A stretch of DNA of 32,000 nucleotides, from contig DAOOUC010000001.1 in NCBI GenBank assembly GCA_035390665.1, positions 90,001-122,000 on the forward strand, given 5' to 3'. This stretch comes from an archaeon (lineage in GTDB: Archaea > Iainarchaeota > Iainarchaeia > Iainarchaeales > CSSED10-239). This document shows positions 6,268 through 15,668 of this stretch, one piece after another. Each line of letters starts with the position of its first letter. Position 1 is the first letter of the stretch. The position numbers were made by a program, and so were the translations under genes. The notes beneath the pieces are model-generated. The model worked only from the letters and a program-made list of their open reading frames with translations. It was not told the DNA's origin and did no database searches.

Positions 6268-8066
6268 GTAAAGTAATTGGAATTGATTTAGGTACAACAT
6301 ATTCTGCAGTTTCTGTTGTAGAAGCTGGACAGCCAAAAATTTTAATTAATTCAGAAGGGTCAAGAACAACCCCTTCTGTTGTTGGATTATCTAATGGCGA
6401 AATAATTGTTGGAGCATTAGCAAAAAGGCAAGCAGTTGTTAATCCAGACAATACCATATATTCCATAAAAAGAAAAATGGGAAGTGGAGATAAAGTTAAA
6501 ATTGGAGGAAAAGATCATTCCCCAGAACAGATTTCTGCATATATTTTACAAAAATTAAAAAAAGATGCTGAAGAACAATTGGGTCAAAAAATTACTCAAG
6601 CAGTAATAACAGTTCCAGCATATTTTTCAGACTCTCAAAGAAAAGCAACAAAGGCAGCAGGAGAGATTGCTGGTCTAGAAGTTTTAAGAATAATTAACGA
6701 ACCAACAGCTGCTGCTTTAGCGTATGGTCTAGATAAAAAACACGCCCACACAATTTTAGTATTTGATTTTGGTGGTGGAACTTTCGATGTTTCTATTTTA
6801 GAGTTATCTGACGGTGTGTTTGAAGTCAAAGCCACAGCTGGAGACAACCACTTAGGTGGTGATGACATTGATCAAAAGATAATTGATTTCTTAGTTTCAG
6901 AGTTTAAGAAAAAAGAAGGAATTGATTTAATAAAAGATAAAATGGCAATGCAAAGATTAAAAGATGAAGCCGAAAAAGTAAAGATAGAGTTGTCTACAAC
7001 TTTAAAGGCAACAATTAATATCCCATATATTACAGCAACACAAGAGGGGCCAAAGCACTTAAACATAGAATTAACAAGAGCAAAGCTTGAAGATTTATGT
7101 GCTGATATTTTTAAAAGATTAGAAATTCCAACAAAGCAAGCAATTAAAGATTCAAAGCTTGATTTATCTAAGATTGACGAAGTTGTTATGGTTGGGGGTT
7201 CAACAAGAATTCCAAAAGTAATTGAGCTTGTTGAAAAATGGACAAATAAAAAACCAAATAAATCAATCAATCCAGATGAAGTAGTAGCAATGGGTGCTGC
7301 AATTCAAGGTGCTGTTCTTGCTGGAGAGGTAAAGGACATACTTCTTCTTGATGTTACTCCTTTGTCTTTAGGTATTGAAACTTTAGGTGGAGTTTTTACA
7401 AAATTAATTGAAAGAAATACAACAATACCAACAAAAAGATCTCAAGTTTTTTCAACAGCTTCTGATTCTCAAACAGCTGTTGATATTCATGTACTTCAAG
7501 GTGAAAGACCATTAGCTAAAGACAATCTAACACTTGGAAGATTCCAGTTGATTGGTATTCCTCCAGCACCACGAGGAGTTCCTCAAATAGAAGTTAGTTT
7601 TGATATAGATTCCAATGGAATAATTAATGTTTCAGCAAAGGATCTTGGTACAGGAAAATCTCAAGCAATTAAGATTACTTCAACAACTTCTTTAAGTAAA
7701 GATGAAATTGAAAGATTAAAAAGAGAAGCAGAAGAGCATGCTGAAGAAGATAAAAAGACTCAGGAAAGAATAGAGACAAGACACAAAGCAGAAACTTTAG
7801 TGTATTCTGTAGATTCAGTTTTAGAAGAAGCAAAAGAAAAGTTGTCTCCTGAAGACACAGAAGAGATAAAGAAATTAAAAGAAGAACTAAGACAAGCAAT
7901 TGATAGTGATTCAGCAGATCTAGAAGAAAAGACAAACGCCTTACAAACAAAACTTTATGATGTTTCTAAAAAGCTTTATCAAAATGCAGCTCCAAATCAA
8001 GAAGGCACAGATGATTCCAAAGACAAAGGAAAAACAGTTGATGCAGATTTTACAGAGGAAAAATAA
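6264..8066 (+). CDS. dnaK: Hsp70 chaperone DnaK
   Basis: Signature segments [21 protein letters not shown] and [12 protein letters not shown] are present, and the full 600 aa are collinear with Hsp70. The N-terminal ATPase domain is the short form ([28 protein letters not shown]), i.e. without the roughly 25-aa insert of Gram-negative DnaK. Confidence 0.97.
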   Translation: MSKVIGIDLGTTYSAVSVVEAGQPKILINSEGSRTTPSVVGLSNGEIIVGALAKRQAVVNPDNTIYSIKRKMGSGDKVKIGGKDHSPEQISAYILQKLKKDAEEQLGQKITQAVITVPAYFSDSQRKATKAAGEIAGLEVLRIINEPTAAALAYGLDKKHAHTILVFDFGGGTFDVSILELSDGVFEVKATAGDNHLGGDDIDQKIIDFLVSEFKKKEGIDLIKDKMAMQRLKDEAEKVKIELSTTLKATINIPYITATQEGPKHLNIELTRAKLEDLCADIFKRLEIPTKQAIKDSKLDLSKIDEVVMVGGSTRIPKVIELVEKWTNKKPNKSINPDEVVAMGAAIQGAVLAGEVKDILLLDVTPLSLGIETLGGVFTKLIERNTTIPTKRSQVFSTASDSQTAVDIHVLQGERPLAKDNLTLGRFQLIGIPPAPRGVPQIEVSFDIDSNGIINVSAKDLGTGKSQAIKITSTTSLSKDEIERLKREAEEHAEEDKKTQERIETRHKAETLVYSVDSVLEEAKEKLSPEDTEEIKKLKEELRQAIDSDSADLEEKTNALQTKLYDVSKKLYQNAAPNQEGTDDSKDKGKTVDADFTEEK

Positions 8067-8082
8067 AGAAGTGTGACCCATT

Positions 8083-9225
8083 TTGACAAAAGATTACTAC
8101 AAGATTCTTGGAGTTAACAAGAATGCAAATGATGAAGATCTAAAGCAAGCCTATAAGCAATTGGTTAAGAAATATCATCCAGATATTTCTAAAGAGCCAA
8201 ATGCAGAAGAAAGACTAAAAGAGATAACAGAAGCTTATGCAGTTCTTTCTGATCCAACTAAAAGACAACAATACGATATGTTTGGTGAAGAGGGAGTAAA
8301 AGGTGGCGCAGGTTTCAATCAAGGTTTTTCAGGACAAGGTTTTAATTTTGATTTTTCTGATATCTTTTCTAAGTTTGGTTTTGATGAAGATGAGGATTCT
8401 GGTTTCTTTCAAGGTTTTAGAAGCATGCACAGAGGAAGAAGTCAAAGAGAGTCTTGGGCTGAACTAGATTTAAGAACAAGAATAAATATTGATTTTGTTA
8501 CTGCAATTAAAGGCGGGAAAGTAAGTGTTGGTGTTTACAAAGATGTTGTTTGTGATACTTGTGATGGCACAGGCTCTAAATCTAAATCTAAAACCACTTG
8601 TTCAGCTTGTGGTGGAAAAGGAAGAACACTAACTAAAAAACAAACCCCTTTTGGTATTTTTGCAATAGAACAAACTTGTTCTAAATGTAAGGGAGAAGGA
8701 AAAATAAATACAGACCCCTGTAAGAAATGTGATGGAAAGGGCCATGTAAAAAAAGAAACAATTCTTGGAATCGATGTTCCAGCAGGAATTAGCAACGGAG
8801 ATGTTATAAGACTAAGAGGGCAAGGTAACACACATAATGGAGAAGTAGGAGACTTATTTGTTTCTGTTAGTGTAACAGAACACGAGTTCTTCAAAAGAGA
8901 AGGTTATGATCTATATTGTGAGATTCCAATAATTTATTCTGAATTGATCTTAGGAACAAAGATAAAAATAAAAGGGATTCAAGACACAATTAATTTAACA
9001 ATACCAGCAGGCACTCGTCCAGAAACTATCTTTAAAGTTTCAGGAAAAGGTTCTCCTGATCCAAACAAAAGAGGTTTGCACGGTTCTTTATTTGTTAAAG
9101 TAATATTAGCAGAGCCTATCGATGTTAATAGAGAATACAAGCAACTATTAGAAAAACTTGCAAACATTGATAATAAAACAAAAAAGAAGATACAAGATAA
9201 GTTTAAAAGTTATGTTGAGTTTTAA
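8083..9225 (+). CDS. dnaJ: Hsp40 co-chaperone DnaJ (type I, with Zn-finger domain)
   Basis: J-domain DYYKILGV...YHPD; a G/F-rich linker; four CxxCxGxG repeats (CDTCDGTG, CSACGGKG, CSKCKGEG, CKKCDGKG). The TTG start gives the canonical M-x-K-DYY N-terminus. Confidence 0.95.
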   Translation: MTKDYYKILGVNKNANDEDLKQAYKQLVKKYHPDISKEPNAEERLKEITEAYAVLSDPTKRQQYDMFGEEGVKGGAGFNQGFSGQGFNFDFSDIFSKFGFDEDEDSGFFQGFRSMHRGRSQRESWAELDLRTRINIDFVTAIKGGKVSVGVYKDVVCDTCDGTGSKSKSKTTCSACGGKGRTLTKKQTPFGIFAIEQTCSKCKGEGKINTDPCKKCDGKGHVKKETILGIDVPAGISNGDVIRLRGQGNTHNGEVGDLFVSVSVTEHEFFKREGYDLYCEIPIIYSELILGTKIKIKGIQDTINLTIPAGTRPETIFKVSGKGSPDPNKRGLHGSLFVKVILAEPIDVNREYKQLLEKLANIDNKTKKKIQDKFKSYVEF

Positions 9226-12200
9226 AAAAACTCAGATAGACTTTTCTGCTTTTTTGCCTCTTTGTCTGAGAATAGACTGTCTATCTCATTTTCACTTAAG
9301 TTTATTCTTTGCAAAAGATGTGGATTTAATTGATAGTCAATGATTAGGTTTTTTGCAACTTCAAGATATTTCTTTATGGAACCTTGTGCAATTGTTAAAA
9401 TTATTTTTCCCCCACAGTCGCATTTTCCTGACAAAGGCATTCTTCTAAATTTCTTGTTGCATTTAACACATCTTAGTTTCTGTCTTGCAAAAGCTCTGGT
9501 GTTACCAATAATGTCTGGAAAAAGATGATAGTGGAGTAGTCTTTCAAGTGCGTCTTGATTATCAACTGCAAGGATTCTTCCCTGAAGTTTAGCTTGTTTA
9601 TCTACTTTTTCTTGCATTGATTTAATTGAGATATAAGTAGATTGCTTTGGCCCTTCATCGAAGTAATTAGTGTCGTGTGTAAATTTCACACAACTATATT
9701 GTTCTTCTGTTCCAAGAAGTTTCTTAACAGGAACAATCCCTTCAACTTTATCTGGATCAGCAAATGATTTTGTTGCTAAATAAAATTCATAAGGATAACT
9801 TGTGTTAGTTTCTATCTCGTGCGATTCATCATCAATCTCGTAAGGACTAAGAACAGTAGTAAATGCTAAAGGTGCATCCATTCTTCCGCCTCTACCCGTA
9901 CTAAGATAACTTTTAGAAAAATTAAGCATAGAGTCCATTAACAATAACATCGAGTCTTGATCTCCATCAACATTTCTTCTTTTGGCTGTAATATAATAAG
10001 GATGTCCCCAAGCAAGTTTAGATTTAGAATAACCAATTATTCTTCCAACAATTCCAGCAGAAGTGTGTGGTGCAAGACCAATCACAAGTTGTCCAATAAG
10101 ATCTTCTTTAGTTTTAGCATTATAAAATCTAGGCAAGTGATAGTATTTTTCTAACAAGTCATCAACGAAACCTGCAACTCTTAAAAAATATTCTCCACAG
10201 CCTTCATCAACAATTGTATCTTGTGGAAATATAGAAAGTCTTTGGTTATTGTCTTTCAAATCATTTCCAAGATAGTCTTTTTTATATCCAAGTTCTTTTA
10301 GTTTCTCAATAGAAAGATTTAGTTCCTTTCCACTAAATTGAGATATAGTTGCATTTAATGCCTCGTATCTACAAGTTCCATCTCTAAAAACATAAACTTC
10401 GTGTTTAGCTCTTAATAGTCCTTTTTCTAATGGTTCAGATATTTTTTCTTTACTGACTAAACCTTTAACACCTTTAAGGCTATCAGGTATTCCAACCTTT
10501 AAGTTGTTTGCTGCACTTTCAATAAGTTTATCAAGATCAATCTTATGTTCTAAAATCAATTTTGTTTCTTGATTGCATTTAGGACATATTTTTTCATGTG
10601 TTTGCATTTTACATTTATTACACATTCTTATTTCTTTTGTGTTTATTCCACAATTAAAGCAATAACCATTATAAATAATTTTTTTACACTCAGGGCAAAG
10701 ATATGATTTGATCTCAACTTCGTTAACTCCAATATCTTGTTGTTTTGTGCCATCTGCTCTTTTCTTAATTGCTTTCATTAAGTCTCTAGAGTTACCAAAG
10801 CCTCTGCCGATTGGAAACAAAACATTTGGTTTACCTGCCATCTCTCTTTCATGAGCAGCTTCTGGTCTTCCCATTCTTGCTCCAACCCAAAACCCTGATT
10901 TTTCATTAATTTTAATTTTTGAAATTGCACTAAGTATTTCTGTTGTTGTTTTCTCTGTGTTTTCAATTAGTTCTTTATATTCTTCTAAAGGATCAATTGC
11001 ATTAAGTGAACCAACAGTTTTTAGAAGAGGATAAGCTATTTCTTTTTCTACAAGTATTTTGTTTTCTTCTTCAAGATATTTGTGTGGTAGTCCCATTTTC
11101 TCAAATATGTTTTTTATTTCTTTATTATATTCAATCTTAAAACCAATAATTTGTGTTTCTTTTGTTGATAATAAATCTCCTATACCAATAATATCAATAT
11201 CATCAATTGCTTTTTCTATAACGTCTTTAATATTTTCAAAAAAGTTTTTCTTTTTTATTTCAATTTCTTCGTCACTAAATATTTTATCTGATTCTCTTAA
11301 ATTTCTAATAAGTGTTTTTAGTTCTTCATGATTCAAAAGTTCATAATATGCTAAATATTTTGGAAATAAAGGCAAGTCGTATTTTTGAGATAATGCAACA
11401 GAAGTATATGGATTTGGTTTATTAAAAACTTCCTTACAGATATTTAAAACAGTTCTTGATATTTTTCCGGTCTTTTCAAGATATTCCATTTCTGCAATCC
11501 ATTCTTCTCTAACATAGCCCGCTTTAACTAAAGGGTGTCCTGATTTCCTAAAATCTCCAACAGAGATTAGCATGTCTCCTAAGAAAAGAATCTTGTCTAT
11601 TTCTGCTAAGTATTTTTTAGCAGTATTAACATCATCAATATAAACAACGTCTTTATTCTTCAACCTTACAATTGGTCCGTCAATTGTTGAGCAAGGGAAA
11701 TATTGTAAAGATTTACCTGGCCTTTCAATTCTCCCGTGTGTTCCAACAGCTATAAATTCATCTAGTACCATCATTGTAGCAGGATTTATTGCTTTTGCCA
11801 TTAATCCAGCATTTCTTGCTCTACCATATCTAAGTCTAAAGCCCCCTGGTCTAAACGGATAAGAAAACACAGGTCTACCGGCTGCTAACCCCTCAAGATA
11901 TTTAGTTGATGGTTTTAGTTCAAAACCTTCAGCGGTTTTTTTAACTTTAACAAGTTTTTCAAGCCAAGCCCAATTAAGGCCCATCTTCTTACTTGTTTTC
12001 ATAATTTTAAGGGCCCTAACATAAAGTCCATCAATTAAAACAAGACACATTGCCCCTCTTACTCTGTTTGTTTCAATTCCAGGGACATCTCTATTAGCAA
12101 CAATCTCAACTTCGTTATCTGCATAACTATTTACTCTAACAGGAATATTTTCAATAATAATTCTAACTTCGTTTTCTGTTATTCTTTGCTGTCTAACAAC

Positions 12201-12791
12201 AACTTCATCTTGATAAAGCATTCCTTCTTCAATTACTCTTTCAATTTCTTGTCTACTTGGTTTAAATCTATCTAAGTTAAGTTTAGCTCTAGCAAGATCT
12301 CCAAGTAATAGTGGTAAAGTTTGAGCATTTCCTCCAGCAGCTCTAATCGGCCCCGCAAAGTAAATATCAACAAATGGCGTACCATCTTCATTTTTAGAAA
12401 TCTTAATTTCTGGTAATCCATCAAGAGGAGAAACAACCACTCCTTCTGTTTCTATAATTAAGGCAGTTCTTAAAGCTTGATCAAGTCTTTTTTCAGGATC
12501 TTCAATGTCTCCTAATTTTCTATCCAAGATATCATTAAAAATCTGAAGCATTACAGGAAATCTTTCTTGGTGTTCTTCCCACAACTCATTGTATCTTTGA
12601 GCAACACCAGGGGGTCCGACAAGAAGTTCAGTTTTTTCAGCAATACCTCTAGCAGGAAGTGACTCTATGTCGTTATGTGGATCTTTTCCTTGTTGTCTTG
12701 CATTTTTTGCAACAGCTACAGCTGCATCAATCTCTTTAGTTAGGGCGTCATAATATTCTTTAACTTCTTTGTTTGCTTTAATCTCACTCAT
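9222..12791 (-). CDS. polC: DNA polymerase II (PolD) large catalytic subunit DP2
   Basis: 1189 aa with a DP2-typical N-terminus (YYDALTKEIDAAVAVAKNARQQGKDP). Cys4 clusters: CPECKKIIYNGYCFNCG, CNKCKMQTHEKICPKCN and C-terminal CVKCNKKFRRMPLSGKCDCGG. It is translationally coupled to DP1 (ATGA overlap at 12788-12791). No intein-sized insertion is present. Confidence 0.95.
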   Translation of the reverse strand: MSEIKANKEVKEYYDALTKEIDAAVAVAKNARQQGKDPHNDIESLPARGIAEKTELLVGPPGVAQRYNELWEEHQERFPVMLQIFNDILDRKLGDIEDPEKRLDQALRTALIIETEGVVVSPLDGLPEIKISKNEDGTPFVDIYFAGPIRAAGGNAQTLPLLLGDLARAKLNLDRFKPSRQEIERVIEEGMLYQDEVVVRQQRITENEVRIIIENIPVRVNSYADNEVEIVANRDVPGIETNRVRGAMCLVLIDGLYVRALKIMKTSKKMGLNWAWLEKLVKVKKTAEGFELKPSTKYLEGLAAGRPVFSYPFRPGGFRLRYGRARNAGLMAKAINPATMMVLDEFIAVGTHGRIERPGKSLQYFPCSTIDGPIVRLKNKDVVYIDDVNTAKKYLAEIDKILFLGDMLISVGDFRKSGHPLVKAGYVREEWIAEMEYLEKTGKISRTVLNICKEVFNKPNPYTSVALSQKYDLPLFPKYLAYYELLNHEELKTLIRNLRESDKIFSDEEIEIKKKNFFENIKDVIEKAIDDIDIIGIGDLLSTKETQIIGFKIEYNKEIKNIFEKMGLPHKYLEEENKILVEKEIAYPLLKTVGSLNAIDPLEEYKELIENTEKTTTEILSAISKIKINEKSGFWVGARMGRPEAAHEREMAGKPNVLFPIGRGFGNSRDLMKAIKKRADGTKQQDIGVNEVEIKSYLCPECKKIIYNGYCFNCGINTKEIRMCNKCKMQTHEKICPKCNQETKLILEHKIDLDKLIESAANNLKVGIPDSLKGVKGLVSKEKISEPLEKGLLRAKHEVYVFRDGTCRYEALNATISQFSGKELNLSIEKLKELGYKKDYLGNDLKDNNQRLSIFPQDTIVDEGCGEYFLRVAGFVDDLLEKYYHLPRFYNAKTKEDLIGQLVIGLAPHTSAGIVGRIIGYSKSKLAWGHPYYITAKRRNVDGDQDSMLLLMDSMLNFSKSYLSTGRGGRMDAPLAFTTVLSPYEIDDESHEIETNTSYPYEFYLATKSFADPDKVEGIVPVKKLLGTEEQYSCVKFTHDTNYFDEGPKQSTYISIKSMQEKVDKQAKLQGRILAVDNQDALERLLHYHLFPDIIGNTRAFARQKLRCVKCNKKFRRMPLSGKCDCGGKIILTIAQGSIKKYLEVAKNLIIDYQLNPHLLQRINLSENEIDSLFSDKEAKKQKSLSEFF

Positions 12792-14233
12792 TCTTTTTTC
12801 CTTTCAAAGTCTTTTATACAAACTTTTTGATCTTTAAGATTAAATAGTATTGCTTTAGATACTGTCGGCACATGCCCCATCTCTTGTTGGAAAGCTGTAA
12901 TTGATTGCCAGCAAGATGTGCTTATTAAATGGCAGTGTTTATATTTAGAGTAGGCGTGATGATGGATGTGTCCACAAATAAAAACTGCTGGTGCTTCTCT
13001 GACAACTAAAAAGTTTTTTTCAATTGGTATAAAAGTTTGCTTTTCTCCAAATTGCGGCATCAAGTCTCTTCTAACCATTAGTTCTTTTTGTGCAAGATCC
13101 GGTTTATCCATTTTTAAATCTTTTATTTTTCCAAAGATTCCATGAAGTGATACTCCGTGATACATTAAAAACAATAATCCTTCAAGTTCAATCCAAGATG
13201 GAGAACCAAGAATATGTATGTTTTCTTTTTTATAACAGTTAGGTAAATATTTTTCAGGGATTGCAGGCTGTGGATCTGAAACTCTAACAGCGTCGTGGTT
13301 TCCTGGTATTAAAAATATTTCAATATGTTTAGGAATCTTTAATATTAGTTCTTCGAATACTCTATATTGTTCAAAGATGTCTGTTATTGCAAGTTCATCA
13401 TATTGTTTAGGGTATATTCCAATTCCGTCTACAAGATCTCCTGCAATAATAATATATTTGATTTTAGAAATTAGGTCTTGATCTTCTTTTGTAATATTGA
13501 TTCCATTAATCCAGTCAATAAAATCATTAAATTCTTCTTCTCGGAATAGTTTGCTTCCAACATGCGTGTCTCCTAAGATAACAACATAGTTGTCTTTTGT
13601 TGTTGTGGCACTAATATTTTCATAAGGAAGATCAGCATACATTATTTCTTTAGCAATAAATATGTCTTTAGATAAAACTGCGCATTTAAACCCGACAACA
13701 TTATCAAAAAGTATTTCTTTAGGATTAACTTCAAATTCTTTGTTTTCCATTATTACAATATTGACTCTTCCAGTTGGGTCGTCAACAGTCAATAATAGAT
13801 TTCCGTTCTTTGTTAGTCTTTTATCAAAAACCATTCCTACAATATCAACTTCCGTGTTTTTTGTTTCTTTTTTTGCTTCTTCAATTGGCACAGGTTTTAG
13901 GTTTTCTCTTTTTTTTAAAATTTCGTAGATTGCTTGATATTTATCAAGGAAAAGAGATAAGAAGTCATCAACTGAGCCTTGCGATAGTTCCTTTCCTGTA
14001 ACATCATAAGCATCTAATATTCTAAAGTTTTTTCCAGTAGTTTCTACTTTTTCTTCAATGTTGTTTGTTGTAGATATTATTTTTTTAATATCATCTTTAC
14101 ACACAAATATGATTTTTTCTTCTGCAAGTTTATCTAGAATTTTCTGATAATTATTTAGGTTTAATAATCTTAAGCAATCCTCATTAATTATAAGATCTTT
14201 TTCTTGTGCATAGCACACAATTTTTGAATCCAT
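12788..14233 (-). CDS. polB: DNA polymerase II (PolD) small subunit DP1 (3'-5' exonuclease, calcineurin-like phosphoesterase fold)
   Basis: Phosphoesterase motifs GDTHVGS, AGDLVDG, GNHDA and GHIHHH are present, preceded by an OB-like segment. It lies immediately upstream of DP2. Confidence 0.93.
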   Translation of the reverse strand: MDSKIVCYAQEKDLIINEDCLRLLNLNNYQKILDKLAEEKIIFVCKDDIKKIISTTNNIEEKVETTGKNFRILDAYDVTGKELSQGSVDDFLSLFLDKYQAIYEILKKRENLKPVPIEEAKKETKNTEVDIVGMVFDKRLTKNGNLLLTVDDPTGRVNIVIMENKEFEVNPKEILFDNVVGFKCAVLSKDIFIAKEIMYADLPYENISATTTKDNYVVILGDTHVGSKLFREEEFNDFIDWINGINITKEDQDLISKIKYIIIAGDLVDGIGIYPKQYDELAITDIFEQYRVFEELILKIPKHIEIFLIPGNHDAVRVSDPQPAIPEKYLPNCYKKENIHILGSPSWIELEGLLFLMYHGVSLHGIFGKIKDLKMDKPDLAQKELMVRRDLMPQFGEKQTFIPIEKNFLVVREAPAVFICGHIHHHAYSKYKHCHLISTSCWQSITAFQQEMGHVPTVSKAILFNLKDQKVCIKDFERKKE

Positions 14234-14509
14234 TTATTTTACTTGCTCTTTTAGATTTTCTAATTTACTAATTAATGACCACACTGCGCTTCTACAAAAT
14301 TGTGGAACATTATTGTTATTTGTTATATCTTCTAACTCATACATAATGCCAGAAATCTCAACAACATTACATTTAGTTTTTAATCTTTCTTCTATTCCAG
14401 TTAATAGAATTTTTAGATTTTTTGGAATTGCTGAATCCTCGATTAAAAATTCAATTTCAGCAACAATATCTTCAACAGCTTTAGAAGTGTCAATTGTTTT
14501 CTTTCTCAT
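14234..14509 (-). CDS. UPF0147-family small helical protein
   Basis: 91 aa. The pattern EDSAIPKNLK...ELEDITNNNNVPQFCRSAVWSLISKLE matches my memory of the UPF0147 consensus (D.svPrNir...Ldeis.DpnmP...Rt.iW.i.s.LE). Its stop codon directly abuts the DP1 start (no spacer). Confidence 0.6.
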   Translation of the reverse strand: MRKKTIDTSKAVEDIVAEIEFLIEDSAIPKNLKILLTGIEERLKTKCNVVEISGIMYELEDITNNNNVPQFCRSAVWSLISKLENLKEQVK

Positions 14510-14614
14510 GGTTTATCACTTCCTAATTTTTCTTTTGCGATTAAAAAAATAGCAAACTCTATTATATTTTAGTGAAAAACTATTTTTAATAGATATGGTT
14601 TGAAAAAAGAAGAG

Positions 14615-15547
14615 TTAACTCCATCTGCTTTTCTTTTTCTTGTCTACAGGATAACTTTCTACAAGTTCTTCCATAGTAACATTTTCTTGTCCCTCAAGAA
14701 TACCGTCTTTTCCATAGGTACTAGATACAACTAGCTTTTTTCCGGGATTGTTTTCTCTTAAAGTTTTTAACATTTCTTCTTGCTCACTTTTACTTATTGT
14801 TGGATTGTAAACAAAAACAATCAAATCTGATATTGCTTTGATTGCTGCAATTGCTTGCTTTTCAATTGCATTCATTTCTTTAAAGTCGTGATGAATTAAA
14901 CCAGGAGTATCAATTACTTGAAAGGTTTCTTGTCTTCTTTTAAAGTATCCCACATTTAAGGCTTTAGTTGTAAAAGCATAGCTGTTAATCTCTGGCGTTG
15001 CTTCTGTTATTTTTGTAAGATAGGTGGTTTTTCCTGCATTTGGTATTCCAACAAGAACAATAGTCTTAAGATTGAAGTCAGGGTTAGCAATTCTTTTAAA
15101 TTCTTTTTCCAAGTTTAAAAGTTTATCAAAAGTTGAGTCAAGGTTTCTAAGAACCGAAGAAAGGCGGCCAACATATTCTTTCTTAATTCTAACAAAGAAG
15201 TCTTTATCGTGTTTCTTGCTTCTACTTCCTTGCATTTTCATTAGTTGTCTTTTATATCTTTCTGATAGTTTATTAATAACAGTAATATTACTAGTAATGT
15301 GGTTTCTGTATTTTTCCATGGTTGATTTGGGACAAACATTTTTAAACATCATTCCATAGTATTCATTAACAGTATCATAGTCAGGTAGTTTGTCTGAGAC
15401 ATATTTTAATTTTTCAGTAACTTCTATCTGATAAAGAGAAATATACTTGTGTGCCATGTCGTTTCTTTGATAGTCTTTAACTCTTCTTACTTTGTTTATA
15501 ACTGCGTCTAATATGTCCTTGGATTTTGTGATTTTTGGAAAGTTCAT
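14615..15547 (-). CDS. Nog1-like GTP-binding protein (archaeal NOG1/OBG-HflX-like family)
   Basis: A helical N-terminal domain is followed by G1 GIPNAGKTT, G2 FTT and G3 DTPG. The overall layout resembles archaeal NOG1 homologs. No clear NKxD G4 motif is visible. Confidence 0.7.
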   Translation of the reverse strand: MNFPKITKSKDILDAVINKVRRVKDYQRNDMAHKYISLYQIEVTEKLKYVSDKLPDYDTVNEYYGMMFKNVCPKSTMEKYRNHITSNITVINKLSERYKRQLMKMQGSRSKKHDKDFFVRIKKEYVGRLSSVLRNLDSTFDKLLNLEKEFKRIANPDFNLKTIVLVGIPNAGKTTYLTKITEATPEINSYAFTTKALNVGYFKRRQETFQVIDTPGLIHHDFKEMNAIEKQAIAAIKAISDLIVFVYNPTISKSEQEEMLKTLRENNPGKKLVVSSTYGKDGILEGQENVTMEELVESYPVDKKKKSRWS

Positions 15548-15668
15548 CTTAATTTCTCCTAAAAAGTTACATTTATAATTAATTTCTTTTATATTTATAT
15601 ATAGAACTACTTATATATTATATATAAGATTTTCTTTTTAAAGCCAATTATTATAATGAGGAATAAGT

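Noticed and set aside
6224-7950. Four minus-strand ORFs (6224..6466, 6635..6868, 6872..7270, 7675..7950) within dnaK
   Set aside because: All are antisense to an unambiguous Hsp70 gene and their translations are low-complexity.
9158-11331. Plus-strand ORFs (9158..9343, 9340..9528, 9957..10154, 11059..11331) and a minus alternate-frame ORF (10778..10966) inside PolD DP2; also checked DP2 for an intein
   Set aside because: These are shadow ORFs within a collinear 1189-aa DP2. At this length there is no room for an intein, and I saw no intein block motifs.
13662-14552. Plus-strand ORFs 13662..13928, 13774..14001 and 14313..14552
   Set aside because: They are antisense to DP1 and the UPF0147-like gene and have no supporting features.
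9222-14614. Possible replication origin (ORB/mini-ORB repeats, cdc6) near the PolD operon, as in some Thermococcales
   Set aside because: There is no cdc6/orc1 gene, no extended non-coding AT-rich region and no repeated ORB-like elements. The flanking spacers are only about 105 nt and 0 nt.
15610-15628. Perfect 19-nt palindrome CTTATATAT-T-ATATATAAG in the divergent promoter region between the GTPase gene and secF
   Set aside because: Apart from the terminal C/G it is pure TA repeat inside a TATA-rich spacer. It is best explained as overlapping bidirectional TATA boxes or low complexity, not as a specific operator.
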